From the NCBI GenBank assembly GCA_010356995.1, contig ML996693.1, positions 496,001 through 560,000 on the forward strand: a stretch of 64,000 bases of DNA, given 5' to 3'. The notes under the pieces are model-generated. The model saw nothing but the letters and a program-made list of their open reading frames with translations. It was not told where the DNA came from and did not search any database. Origin of the DNA: Trichodelitschia bisporula (Eukaryota). This document shows positions 10,201-23,616 of this stretch, piece by piece. A program made the translations under genes and the position numbers. Positions within the stretch are counted from its first letter, which is position 1, and each line of letters begins with the position of its first letter.

Positions 10201-13200
10201 GCCTGAAGAGCTGAGCCGCTAGAAGTTCACAACCACTGGTCGGCCCTCAGCCAGGCAACCCAAGCTAGTTAGCAGACAGCCAGCAATTTAGACGCAAGCG
10301 CGGGCAAATCGCAACCCACGGACGTTGGCGCTCCCTACGCTCCAAAAAGTGGTACGTACCGTCCCTATCCAGTGGACCGTTCCAAGGCCGCAAGGGGGAT
10401 CGCGCTCGGGCTCACTCCCGGTTGCCGTCCGGCGCGCTGCAAGCCAGCCAGCAGGTGGGTTGTTAGCAGAGCCAGCGCACGGCAAAACAGCGGCCCATCC
10501 CAAGCCACGCCGGCCCGCCGCCAGAAAGCGCGAACAGCCTCGACGGTACCCACAACAAAAACTGTTGGAATCCCAGCAACGGTGCGCATAGCGGGCGTTT
10601 TGCTTTGAAGAGCCAAGATCTTGTTGCTGCTTGATCAAAACATACGGTGAGCGCGCGCTGCTCGACGACTGGCTCGCGATGCGCGCGACGGACGACGCCC
10701 CGCCTACAGAACTGTGGATGCCTGCCGCGCTGATGAGCTGGCGGGAGGGATGCGAGGCTGGGAGAGGTCAGCCCGCTGCAGAAGCGGTAAGGACGCATCG
10801 CATGTTCAACCCTACAACCCTACGACGGGCGTGTTGTCGGCGCACGTTAAGGCGCTGCCGGGGGGACGGGATGCAAAGACGAGCGCCACATTCTCGAAGG
10901 CCAACAATTGCGCTTCTCTTGATCGCTTTCTCATTTCCTCACGGTCTTCTCCCGCGACAAGGCGCTTCCCGGCCGTCGTTCCGGCTTCCCCTCCCAAACC
11001 GTAAGTGGCCTAGGGTGTAGGCGGTGCACCCAAGCCACGGTTCCCGTATTATGGCAGCAAGAAGGAAAGCACCCGCGCTGCCAGTTACAATTTTTGCGAT
11101 GTTGTGTGCGCCGAGTTCACTAGGGGATGGTGAGAGTTGTGTGGTCGGAACGATAGGCTTGCCCCGTCTCCGGGCCTTCTCTTGCATCCGCTGCAGGTTT
11201 GGGCTCCACGAGCCGGCACTCCCTGCAACACCGTGCCTTTGAGGAGCGTTTCACCGAATCACGAAAAGAGCATTAAAAGAAGTTGCATGGGGAACGCCAG
11301 GCTGGCTGCTCCTGGGGGTAGATTGGGTGGGGGGTAAAAGTTGGAGTGGACAATTTTTTGATTGTTTTTCTTTTTGGTTTCGGCACACAGTGAAAATTTT
11401 TCTCTCCCTCTCTCGTGTGGGAAATTGGACGTCGTGTCGTGGGACTGATGCACGGAGCGTGGAGGAGCTCAAGCCACCTTCATCGTTTGCGGCGTCTCTT
11501 TACTTTGTCCGCGCGCCGAGGGAAGGGGAGGGGGTGTGCGGCCGACGGACGGGGGGCGGGAAGGGCAGATCCTGAGAGGACGTTCAGGGCGCGGGAGGCT
11601 GGGCGAACACGGCGGGACGTGATACCGAGACACCACAGACTTATCACCTTTTAAGGAAGAGGAGGGGAGGGGACGTACCACCCAATTCCTGCGCGCCGAG
11701 GGAGGGAGGAAGGATTGGATGAAGGGCTACGGTGCGGGAGGTAGGAGTGGAGAATGCGGAGGTTCGAGCAGCAGACTACGGGAGGAGGCGGAGTCGCTTT
11801 ACCTTTAGCTAACGAGCAGCGGCCGAGCCGAGAAAGAGAGAGATGCTGACGTCGGAGCAGAGACCTGGACTGACGACTGACGCGACAGCTTTGGACGACT
11901 GCGACCTTTTTTGCGGGACCGGTACGTCTTCGTTGGTCCTTGGAGAGAGGCTCAGGCGGGCCCGGGCGGCGGGTGCATGCGGGATTGGGGCGTTGAACGA
12001 GGTCAAGGAACGAATTGTAAGGTAAGACGAACTGCAGCGCGGGCCTTTCTTCCTTGCTCGCTTCGGGATGCGCAGAGCAACAATGACTGGATATATAAAG
12101 CAAACGAGTCATCTTGCGCGCGTGTGCGAAGGCAGTACGGTGAAGGCGGACGAACTGGAGCGGTCGGAGGCTTCGGCGTGATTGATTTCCCCATTTCTCA
12201 ACTTCATGACTCCAAGCCGAGGGAGAGGCTGTGATGGCTAGCAGGCGGCCTTTTGGTGGAGAATTGAGGGAGGCGGTAATGTGATGTATTGCTATCCTCG
12301 AATAGAATATTGAACGATGAATCGACGAGCTGTACGGAGGTATGGTGATGAGTGATGAGTGTTGAGTGACCAACCTTCGGCGAGAGATGGGGTACGTACT
12401 GGTTCGATGGTGGAGCAAGATGAGGGGTAGGAGGTGGATAGTTTTACCCGGCGCTGCGCTTGTGGATTTCCTGTGCATGGTAGAGCAGCCGCGTGCTGCA
12501 GCGATCAAGCCAATTTGCCATATATTCGCACCGTTGATTTTTTGTCTTTCCACTTAGCTCACTTGCAGCGTTGAAGCAAGCGACAGGTTAGCAAGCCATG
12601 TGGGAAGGCTTGAGACTCACAAAGGATTAGGAAGCACAACAAAGAGAGAGAGAGAGAAGCTTCAAACATCTACTAGAAGTTACCATGGAATAAAATCCGA
12701 TGTGATGGATTACAGAGCATGTCCGAAGAGGACAGTGCCGAGCGGCCATCCCGGCCCAGAGCAAAGTCCAGAGATGGAGATGGAGGAATGGGAGACGCCA
12801 TTCTCCGCGTGTGTGATGATGTTTAAGGACTGCTTATCATGCTGTTTACGGAGTTCCTATCACGGCTAGTCAACCCCCAAAGACGTGAAAAATCCTTGAT
12901 CCTTGCTCATTTATCTCCTCTTTTCAGCCATCCCTCCCCCTCCCCTAGCGCCTCTTGCAGGGATCGCAGTGGGCGAGAAATGGCCACAGCCAACCTTTCT
13001 CATCCCTGTCCTGCCTCCTCTCTTGATGTAGCTCTCCTAATCGCCACCCCCCCCAACTCTTAAACATACCTCACACACAGAGGCTCACTGCGAGCACTCC
13101 CTTCCCACCCCCCCAACACTCCCCCGAACAGCCCGAAATGTCACTTCGCCCACCTGTTACTTAAGCGATCCCCGGCCCATTTTTCTCACTCTTCTAGCAA

Positions 13201-13495
13201 TTTTGCACCTTCATCCCTCTGTGTTAACAGATCTACGGCTTTCCATCTCGCTTAGCAATCATCTGGCACGCAGCTCAAATCGTTACCGAATTCTAAATGC
13301 CAGCTAACAGGCAACGGACTCTCTCCTCATCCTCTACATATTCAGAACCTTCATCTCAGGACAACTCAAGACAGCCTCCGCCTTGACAGGATTGCTACAG
13401 CATAAAGTACCAGGAAAGCCACTCCTCCCTCCCCTCCTCCATCTCACCCCGTCGCCACTCTGGTGTCTCCGGCATCCGGACACCATCCTTCACAA

Positions 13496-14725
13496 ATGTA
13501 CGCTCAACAACAATATCCGCCGGGCGCTGTCCCCTCCGGCTTCCCTCACGACTTCCGTGGTGTGCCCATGTCTCCTCCTCCTGGCACCCACTCCTTCGCC
13601 TCGCCCATCTATCGCGTCGCGACGGCAACACCCTCTCCTCGCGGCTCTCCAAAGACGCATTCGCGGCGTGCTAGCCATGCGCCGCCCGGCTACACCTCGC
13701 AGTCGCGCGTCCCGCCGCACTTCTACGCCGAATCAGGCTCATCGCCTCGCTACTACACGCCGAACTCTTCGACTCCGCTGCGAAATCAAACCGAAAATGT
13801 AAGTGGTTTCGATTACGCACGGGAACAGACTCGAAGTCAACGAGCGCCCGGTGGTTCAACGCACAAGAAAAATCCCTTCCGAGACGACGACAAGCGACGG
13901 TCAGCCTCATGGCAGTACGTTTTTGTCGACGGCGAGAACCCAAAATACCGCACTCCACCGCCGCCGTACAAAATGTATGAGGCTTACGCTGATCACCCTT
14001 CTTTTCACGCTCAGGCTAGCCCCAGATACTCTGCAGAGCCTGAAGCAACACCTGAGCCTTACTCGACGCCTCTGAAGGCGAACTCGACGCGCCCGCGCCG
14101 CGCCTCGCACTCGAGTCGCCCGAACCCTCCGAAGCCCAAGTCGGCATCAGCGAAGAAGGAGACTCGCAAAGCGACTGAGGAGGACGCGCGCCGCGCCGGC
14201 ATTCCCGCCGGCTACTCCTACAAGAACTGGGACCCCAGCGAAGAGCCCATCACGCTGCTTGGCAGCGTCTTCGATGCCAACTCGCTCGGTCGTTGGATCT
14301 ACGACTGGACCGTCTTCTCCTACGGTCCCGCCACCCCCATGTCAGATGTCGCGGGCGACCTCTGGCTGCTCCTCATTCAACTCGCGGGCAAGGTCAAGCG
14401 CGCTGACGAAGGCATCGAGAAGATTCGTCAGGAAGAGAACCGGGAACTTGTCGAGGACTTTTTGGAGAGTGGCGAGCGTCTGTGGGTGCGGTTCAAGAAG
14501 CTCCTCAAGATTTGCGAGGACTACATGTGGAAGGCGGCGCAGCGCGACAGTGGCGAGAAGCGTCCCATGGCTATGGGCAAGAACAGCGGCTGCGAGTTCG
14601 TCGACTCCATCTTCGGTCGCGACCGCGAGCTTGACAAGACGGAGAAGCTCATGAGCGCCATCCGCCTGTGGTCTATGCGCTTCGACGCCAACTGCGACGA
14701 GATCCTGCGCAACCCTACCGTTTAG
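13496..14725 (+). CDS. Conserved Pezizomycotina hypothetical protein (often annotated 'vegetative cell wall protein gp1'); disordered Pro/Ser N-half, conserved helical C-domain
   Basis: C-terminal block ATEEDARRAGIPAGYSYKNWDPSEEPITLLGSVFDANSLGRWIYDWTV..GDLWLLLIQLAGK..FVDSIFGRDRELDKTEKLM..RLWSMRFDANC. Strong coding bias; ATG in CAAATG context. Confidence 0.85.
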   Translation: MYAQQQYPPGAVPSGFPHDFRGVPMSPPPGTHSFASPIYRVATATPSPRGSPKTHSRRASHAPPGYTSQSRVPPHFYAESGSSPRYYTPNSSTPLRNQTENVSGFDYAREQTRSQRAPGGSTHKKNPFRDDDKRRSASWQYVFVDGENPKYRTPPPPYKMYEAYADHPSFHAQASPRYSAEPEATPEPYSTPLKANSTRPRRASHSSRPNPPKPKSASAKKETRKATEEDARRAGIPAGYSYKNWDPSEEPITLLGSVFDANSLGRWIYDWTVFSYGPATPMSDVAGDLWLLLIQLAGKVKRADEGIEKIRQEENRELVEDFLESGERLWVRFKKLLKICEDYMWKAAQRDSGEKRPMAMGKNSGCEFVDSIFGRDRELDKTEKLMSAIRLWSMRFDANCDEILRNPTV

Positions 14726-17700
14726 ATACCCGATGTTTTCAACAACACCACTCTTGGATACGGTTCGACTTGCTTTGCCAGAGTTGATCTTGGGCAAGGC
14801 CTCATTACTTTTCCGACCCTTCTGGGTCTCTATTTTAACACACGAATGTTGCGGAGGTTGGGTGGTCTGGAGTTTTTCTTTGGTCTGGTTTCTCTTTTAT
14901 GATACCCCGGTGTCGCCACTTTTTTCTAATGCATTTTCAACGGGGATTGTTTCGCGACGGGTCTCTTTCCTACGATGTACCAACACTCTACGGGGCGGAG
15001 CATTGCATAGGGCGGACTGCTTTCCGGCTTGGGTCACGATTCAAGGTCCCTTCTCTCTGAGTCACGTTCAAGCGTCCATTTATGCGGCTTTATTCTGGGA
15101 ATCGGGTTCTACAAAAAGTTTGATATCCCTCGTGCGCGGTTTCTGTGCTTTTGGTTGTTTTGTCTTGTTTTTGGTTAAGGGAGCAAATGTCTTTCAGGGA
15201 TCGGCTGGTGGTGATGGTTGTATCTTGTGTTGGGGTCTGGGAAAAATCACTTCTCTTCACCGGAACTGTTATCTTTTTTTGGCTGGGACAGGGAAAGAAC
15301 GGGTTGGATTCGCTTCTAGACACTTGTGGTATTAATCACTGGCTTTGGGGAATCGCAACGGGCTCGCGCAAGCGATGCAATTGCGACGGCGCTGGCTTGT
15401 CATTTTTTTCCACAATCCCCTCCATACTTCATCAATACCCTCAACTACACCATCAATCTACACTTATGATTTATCTTCAATTGTCCTGCCCTCATGATCC
15501 ATGACTGCTGTAGTGAACTCGAACAACCTGATACACATTGTCTTTGATGCCAGCCCCCCCTCCACCACGATCCCAGCGACCAGCCTCATGAAACGCTGCC
15601 CTCTGACTCGTCCCCTCCACACCCCCGGCCCGGCACGGCGGCTGGATGCGCGCGACCCCGCCTTGCCAGCGTGCGACCCCGCTCGACGTCGCCAGGCTTG
15701 AAGGCATTTGAGTTTTTCACCTTGCCTCGCGCGAAGCGAGGAGCGAGTAAGTCATGCGGCGAGGGCTGGAAGAGCTAGGCTTCTTGGGTTTGCATTCCTG
15801 CGCGTTGAGGGCGCCGCGCTAGATGCCCGACATGCGTTGCGTTGCGTGCTTGCTTGCTGTCCGCGGGCGTGGGCTGCAGGGCAGTGATGTCAGAGGGGGT
15901 TGGGCGTGCGAACAGGCTGCGCTGTGGAAAGCCTTGCTCTCGCTCGCTGGCGTTCGGCGGGGAGTCAAAGGTGGTTTGATAATGGCTGGGATGGCGGACG
16001 CACACCGGTGAGGCACTCGGTGTGGTTGGACGCTGGAGGTGATGCGCGCGATAGGCGCCGTGTTGTCCTCAGCCTTACCCTGTGCGCGGCCTCGTGGGCA
16101 TGCGAAGAGCGCTGTCAAGGAGGGGGAAGCATTTACCCTCCGCGACGCGCGGGTCTTCCTCTCCCAGCAGCAGAGCTGGAGGGGAGGGTGGGATGGCGGG
16201 GGCGGGACACGAGGAAGGATTGTTTACCGTATCGGTGTTGGTTTAGTGCAGCCCTACCGTATGTTGGAGGCTTCTATGTACAGAACTCTCCGAGAATATT
16301 CCAACACGACGATAAACGCTGCTGCGCCCCCGATGCTGCTTACGCGCATACCGCTCGATGGCAGTTTGTATTGGGGTCGGGTTGGTGAGGGAGCGGCGGG
16401 CGGGTGTTGCTCGCTCACCGCGCCGTCCCGAACGCATGTCATCACGCCCGTTCCCGGACCGGCGACCTGCAGGGCTATTTTTGGCGTGGGCTGAGCGGGG
16501 AATTTCGTGCAGCGGGAGGGTACAACGTCGATAGATATTGACATTGTACGCTCTGCGGAATGCAAAAATGCATTGGAGTATTGAGTGGAATAATGGTTTG
16601 CATAATTCATTGTTGGTCTGCGGCTGCGATGTTACGCCCGTCTGCCTGCCCGGTAGTGTTGCGCTCGGAGGCCCCGGAGGCGGGGATGACGTCGTTCGAC
16701 GCGGGACAGGTTTTCTGAGCTAAGCACGGCAATGGGGATTGATGCGCGCCGGCCGGACGCGGGGAATGACTGCATCTTCCTCCGGGACGTGATATGCGAA
16801 CTTGAGCCTCGAGCTTCAAGGTCGATGCTTGATACTGAGCGCTCACTCAGCCTCATCATCCATGGCCACCATCGGGATGCACCTCCCGATGCAAACAACC
16901 TCCCAGCGACACCAACCTAACGCTGATATCCCGACTGCAATAGCGAGTACTGTGGATATTCGAGCTTCCGCGCTTGGGAGACTTCAAATATCCGAATCCA
17001 TAGGACGAATAGACTTACGGATATTCCTCCATGCGGATTGGTCCCGAAATTGTGTTTCGGACCCGCGATCACACGCGCGCCGCCTACCCCATTCTGCCTT
17101 TCCGATATTACAGTCCCCAGATCATGGCCGCGTCTCGCTCCCCACATCCGCCCTCTCCGCAATCCCACCTTCCGGGGAGGAACTCTCCACACAACCGGCA
17201 CGCGGACGAAGAGTAGTCCGAAGTGACTAGCACGAAAGTTTCGCCGCCTCCATCCCGTCTCCCAGCAGGCAACCAAAAAAGGTAAATGAAGTCGGCGGCT
17301 CGCCATCCCCGATCGCCGCCCCAGACTCATCTACCCCCCGCCTGCAACTTGAGCCCCATAACAGCAGGTCGTATAGGCCGGGGATTACGGGCCCGGGTCC
17401 GAGGCGCGTGAGCTGCGCTGCGCCGGGGGGGATATTAAAGAGCTGGGGGAAGGAGAGATTTGAAGAGCCGCAATGCGGGACGTTTTGAGCTGTCCAGGGG
17501 GGGTTAATATATGTTGGTCTGGGCTGGGGCAGTTTGGGGAGGTGAGTTTAGCGGAGGACCGGGGCTGGCAAGGCAAGGTCCGAATGGTGGTCGCGGGGTT
17601 TGAAACATCGATCTGGCATACCGGCCGAGGCTCGCGAGTGTGGGATGTGTTTGATGCGGCGCAAAAACGTGCGGTGTCGAGACATTCTGCGGCACTGGCT

Positions 17701-20648
17701 CCAAGAGGCGGGGTGCATGGGTTCGGCGTTATGGCATGCCGCTGCCTTGCTTTGCATCCTGGTTTTTGGCTGTGAGGGATGGCGGATGTGAGCTGGATCC
17801 TCGCTGATGGGCCTTGGTTGCTTGGTTTGATATGATGACTGGTGTGCGGCGCGGCTGGGCTGGGGATGGAGGCTGGTACGTACTATCGGCGAGGCAGGCA
17901 GCAGAGAGACGCGGCGCGTGTTCGTCGCTTCTCTCGTCTGGGTGAATGTCAGCCACGGATCGCGATAACTTCCATCACGAGCACATCGACATCGCGATTG
18001 CACCCGCGCAAAATCCACACCAAAAACCCCACCCAATAAGCAATTCCTCGTCCGCGATAGGCCCACGCCGCAGCCCTATCACCGCCCACCCCACCCCCAC
18101 CAGCCGCGACATCATCCCGCATATCACCGCTGAGCTCAGCAATCAGCGCTCGGCGACGCCCACCCTCTCGCCCGCCCAGCCCAAGGCCTGTCGAAGAAGA
18201 CGTCTCAGAACAGGCCCGAGAACAACACCCCGGAGCCTGCCAACCACTCAGCGCGCAGGCCGCGCAAGGGGATCCCGGTTCGGGTCTCCCACGTTGCACA
18301 GCGGAGCACCGCCTTGGCCCTTGGCCCGCCCGGCCCTCCTCGTCTTCGCTACACTTTTGCGCCGCGGCGCTCGCACGGGCTTTTTTCAAGGCCGGAGGGG
18401 TTGTGCCCGGCCGCCCGTTGTCGTTGCGGGCCGAGGTGGTGCTCGGGGACGGGGCACGGTATGAGGGCCGACTGCGAGTTGTGTGCGAGGGCTTCGTTTA
18501 GGGTAACGAAGCGGACTTTGGGTTCTCGGTGTTGGAAACTCTGGGGAGTGTGGAGGCTCCGGAACGACGCTGTCCGCTCGAGACGCGACGCTTGGTTTCC
18601 GCGATTCTTCGTGACGATCGGGCTACGGAAGGAGGGCACGGACCCCACCCTCCCTTTCCTTGGGCAGCGCCTCCACGTGCGGGTCGCAGAAGCGGCCACC
18701 GGCGGAGGCGCTAAGCGCCGCAAGGAAGTTGTCCCGCGGCCGGTATTGGCCCGCGATGCGCCGCGGATGGTGATGGGCAGGCAGCAGCGTTGCACGTTTC
18801 GGGAAACACAAAACCATGAGGGTGTGAGAAAATATTGGCGATTGCAATCGCGATCTGACTGTCCTGTTAGACGCGAGAGCTCTGATATCATGTCACAAAG
18901 ATGATGGGCAAAAGGCCACGATTCGCGGCTGCGCTTGTGGGAAGCCGCCGAGTCAGCTGCACGCCCTCATTCCCACCCGCGCGCCACAGCTTCTAGCGCG
19001 GAATGGTGCGGGGAGCCGGATTCCGGCGCGGGATTCAAGCAAGGGATAAGTAGCGCATGCCGGGACGGTAGGGCGGATAGCCGAAGTGCATGACCGCTGT
19101 GCATAGCCGTGCCTTTGTTTGTGGAACGCGTTTGGACCGTTTTCACGGTTGGGGGTTGGGGCTGCGCAGAAGTGTCGCGATAACAACGCGCGGGGACCCA
19201 CTTTACCGGTCAACGTCAACGACACCGTAGCAAGCCCGAGCCGCGCGCCCAGCGCGTCTACGCCGCTGGTATGACTCTCAACGGGGCCATGAAATGAGGT
19301 CTCAGCCAGATGGTAGAACCCGCACCTCGCCGGCAGCACGCCGAAGCCACAACGAAGCCTGCGCACGGGTGCGGGAGCGCTGCCGGCCGTAATGCAGGCG
19401 GCGCGTGGGGAGGCGTCCAGTGGGAGAGGGGGAGTGTTTCATGCTTCGTTGGAGGTTTTCAGGGAGGTGATAAGAGAGGAGGGATTAGGGGAGGGGGGAT
19501 AAGGGAGGTTGAGGAAGGGGGATTAGGGGAATCAGGTTGAGCCGCTGCCGCGCGGGTTGGTTGGTGGGGGCTGTGAAGACGGTAGGGAGAGGAGGGGTGA
19601 TGTTGGCGTTTGCTGGGAGCATGGCTCCTTTTTCCGCGCCCAGTATCGAATTTCGACACCGTTGCTTGATGGGGAAAGTGATTCAATGGGTCGGCGGTGG
19701 GAGATGCCTACTGACGATTCAAACGGACCTTATTCACCGTCGTCCATTCAGTCGCTCCATCGCAACACCTCGAGCGGTGACGGTGATGATGCAGCCCTCT
19801 CACATACCACGCTCTCTTCATTCCATTCACACCCACCGCCAAACCCCAGCGGTGTGCCGCCGCCCAGCCCTGCCCTCCTTACGGTACAGATTCCCAGTTC
19901 ACATCTGTCACCTGCAGCGATCGCCATCACCCGCCCTGCATTAGCTCCTAAGGCACCGTTTTTAGCGCCGGCGATCGGGCACCCATGCTCTGTCTCACCC
20001 ACGGGACACCATTGACCGGGATGCCGTTTTGGAGCTTCTTCCCACCACACATGACCTCTGTCCGCATATCAATGTCTCGAATGCGCTGGGCGGTATGCCA
20101 AAGGTGCCGAGTACGGATGTACGGCGCAACCCGACTAAATCGTGCATTACCGTAGTTGCTTTGTCTAGGATCTGTCAATTCCAGATTGTCGGTTTTTAAG
20201 GAGGGGGATCTGGCCTGGGAAGAGACACACGTGATGCGAGGATGTGTTTGGGGTTGAGGACGTTAGTGGGTTGGAAATGTCACCGGACGACACGGAGATG
20301 CGGCTAGCATGTTTTGTGCGCAGACGATGAATCATGCTTGAGGCCGCGAGGGTGAACATGTGTAGGGTGCTGTGCACGAACTCGATATCAGACTCATTGT
20401 TGGTATGGAGCAACTAGGACGATGAGTCCGGCCGATTCCTTTGCTACAAGGCAGACATGATATAACTAGTCTAGTGTCTACGAAACTACCAGGTACAGTA
20501 TCAATAGATTATTCCATTAGGCCATCGTCACTCGACTCTGACTCTACGCAACAGCAATGACCCCGTCACAACGCCGACTCATAGCGAGCGCCAGGGCCTG
20601 AGGACGTGATGTATTCAGCTCCAAACGCTCATTGCGAGCGTAGAGACC

Positions 20649-21803
20649 TCACCTGAACCTATCGAACCGAGGATCGAACCGACGATGGCGGTTGGCAACC
20701 GGCGGGAACTGGCGGAACGGCGGTATATGTCTATCGAACTCATCGCCCTCAATAGGCATGCCAGGATGCCAGAGATTGCCGCGTGCCTCCGCATCCGCAC
20801 GCCGGAGGCGCCGCTGGTCGTCCTCCTTGACGCGTGCCGACATCTCAATCTTGAGATCTTCATCCGTGATCTCTGGATGTTCGGCCTTCATCTTGGCCGT
20901 GGCCTTCTCCACGGCTTGCTTGACCTCTTCGTTGTGCCGCTCCTCCGTATTTTCGAATAATTTGCACCGGGTGTTCCCGAAGTGGTCGTAGCTGATGCCG
21001 GACTTGCCGCATACGTAGCATTGGGTATTCTGGCAGGAGGGGCATTGCATCTTGTTGCAACCCTCATCCTTCATGAACTTAGATTGACAATGCGCGCAGG
21101 TGCGAAGAATCGCCTCTGTCATGGCCTCTTCGACGAGGTGACGAATGTCCACCTTCTTCCCCTTCTGATGATCCTTGCAGTTGCCAGCGTGCGCAGCGAG
21201 TTTGCATTTTCGACAGGTGACCTTCTCGCACTCCGGGTTCTGGCAATGAAAATTCGGTTCCTTTGCGATGGGCGGATAGCTGACCCGGAAGCCGCATACT
21301 GGACACTCGGTCATGTCCTTAATCCCAGCCTTGCGTACCGCATCTTCGGCCTCAAGTCGTTCCATGCGCTTCAGCACATTCTCGTCGATGATCTCGACAA
21401 GCGTCGCAGGGCGATAGACCCCTTTACACCGTGGCGACACCATGCACGCTGGCTTGTAGCGGTTCTGGCCGATGATGGTATCGATTTGCTTTTTGATGCA
21501 AGCGTGGCAGTGTGTGTGGGTGACGTCACCGGTGCAAGAGCCCATATTCTTCTTGGAGCAAGACTCCATGCAGATTTCGCTAGATTCCTTAGCAAACGTA
21601 AGGTTTGGAGGGTTGGACAACTTACCAGGTCTCCGTCAGGACATCGCCGTTTCCCTTACGACGAAAGCGCTGCGGTTTAGGAGCTATGGAGTGGATGTTT
21701 AACAGAAGAAACTGGGATGGGCATCAAACTTACCGGCATCTTTGAGGCGTTTGGTGCGCGCGGCCTCAAGTTCTCGGTTGAGGTCTCCAGGAGCCCCACT
21801 CAT
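20649..21803 (-). CDS. RBR (RING1-IBR-RING2) E3 ubiquitin ligase, RNF216/TRIAD3-like, about 352 aa, 2 introns
   Basis: Removing introns 21684-21733 and 21580-21625 rebuilds RING1 (CEIC..C..HTHCHAC..C..C). IBR is CPVC..CQNPEC..CRKC..H..C. EEAMTEAILRTC is followed by RING2 KDEGCNKMQCPSC..CYVC, which carries the catalytic Cys. Confidence 0.88.
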
Positions 21804-23616
21804 TGCGGTCAGTTCGTGACGGTTGACGGAATATGGTAATGAGTGTAATGAAGAGCAAGAATGGAGAAGACGTTTGATAGTATGAATGATGGGAGCGCGG
21901 CGATTAGGAGGGGATCTTGGACGGGGAGGAGGGGGGGGGAGGAACCTTCCGTTCTGGTTCTTATCGACGGGGAGGAAGGTGACATGGTGATGATTGTGAC
22001 GGTCCATGACTGAAACAGACAGTGATTCTGACGATTGCTACAGCAATCCAGTGTCAGAAATGAAGACCGCGACCGTTCACGCCGGAGAAGCTGTCATCAA
22101 TATCTGAGGTGCTAGGCCAGACAGAGGAGTGGTACCATATGCCAAATATAGAGTTGAAGACAAAGAGGGCCGTGACAACCACTTTGTGAATTCGTTGAGA
22201 AGTACTTGTGTATGCCTTCAAGATCTGAGAAGCACGAAGAATTTATCGAGAGAGGTGTCCTAATGCATGGTAGGGCACCGCTTAAATAGTACGTCTTCGG
22301 CCCCGCACCCGGACGGGGTGGGGTAGTGGGCCCGCTGAACAACTGTCATCTGGTATTAAACCCTTAACGGATACAAAAAGTCCGGTGGTGGTGGTTTTGA
22401 GATAGATCCGAGCAGCTGGGTGCTGTGAGAGAGTTATATTGACGGCTTCCTTCTATAATTTGAGAGATTCACTATGTCAAAGGCGACGGTGTAGAGCATG
22501 CGGTTTCCTGTAAACGTATCTACCCGGTGGCTGGACCCTGGGCGTTCCATGAGATGCTAAGCGGTGCGGAGCCGGAGGCTGCTGTACGGTAGTGAAGACG
22601 CGTTGGCGGTACGTAGTAGGCTCTGGCGGACGTCAACCTCGAGGATTGGGCAAGGAGTCACAAAACGTGGGGAACCTTCAACCCGACAATGGCCCTGTGG
22701 TGTATCTCATACCGACTTCATACCCGGGCCAATGTCATCGGGCTGCTGTGGAATTGCGGGCATCTGAATGTCCACTGCCATCTAGTCAGCAAGATGTGAA
22801 CCTGAGGATAGGGGAATGGGAACGGTGAATGGTAAGAGGTCGGGCAGAGAAACATGCACTGGATCCGCCTGAGATGCTATGATGAACTTTCAAAGCCTCC
22901 ATGAGCATACGCTTGGTTAGTCCAGCATTCACCAGTGCACATTCAGTGTAGAATCGGATCACAATATGGAGGAAAGCGAAGTGAAGTTGCGACTTCCTTG
23001 AGCTTGCCTGCCCCGCTTGGTCCAAGCTCAGCTTCAGCTGCCAGACTGTGGGGCGCAATTCACCATGATGTATTGCTGCAGATGGGGATTCCCCCTTTTC
23101 TCATAAAGAGAAGGTATTGTAATTGATATGACCTGTGTCCAATTGCCGCATTGTACGAGGGGAGCCGATCATAAGGAAAAAGTACAGCGTTTAGGAGAGC
23201 TGAAGCAGAGAGACGGCCACCGCGTAGCGGTTCGATCTGGATGTACTGGTAAACCAAAGTGCCCACGAGACTGCCCTTTCTCGCTAGTTTTACTGTAGTA
23301 CGGTAGTAGCAGTTGTGATAGAGCTGTCGAGGCATTGTGGGCGGCTCTTCAAGGCGAGAGGGGGTGAGGTGTAGTGTTGGCATCAGCCTGTCCGCAGTTG
23401 TCAAACTTGCTCAGCCACCACCAATCGTCGCATCCCCAGATATCAGCCAAGACGACTGCGCCGCGACCACGATTCGCTCAAGCTCACGACCGTCGCAGCC
23501 TTAAACCTCGCGCTCAGCTCCCCCTCTCTTCGTGTTTGCTTGCTCTTCTTGTGCATGCTTCCATATCACATATCTAGCGACTCGGCAGCATATGTCAGCA
23601 AGCGATCTCCGTTGGC

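Noticed and set aside
11651..12553. 300-aa minus-strand ORF
   Set aside because: Non-ATG start, no codon bias or domain, low-complexity S/R/P content typical of non-coding GC-rich DNA.
13799..13828. Possible 30-nt in-frame intron (GTAAGT..CAG) in the gp1-like gene
   Set aside because: No branch-site motif and the frame is open without splicing, so it is not needed.
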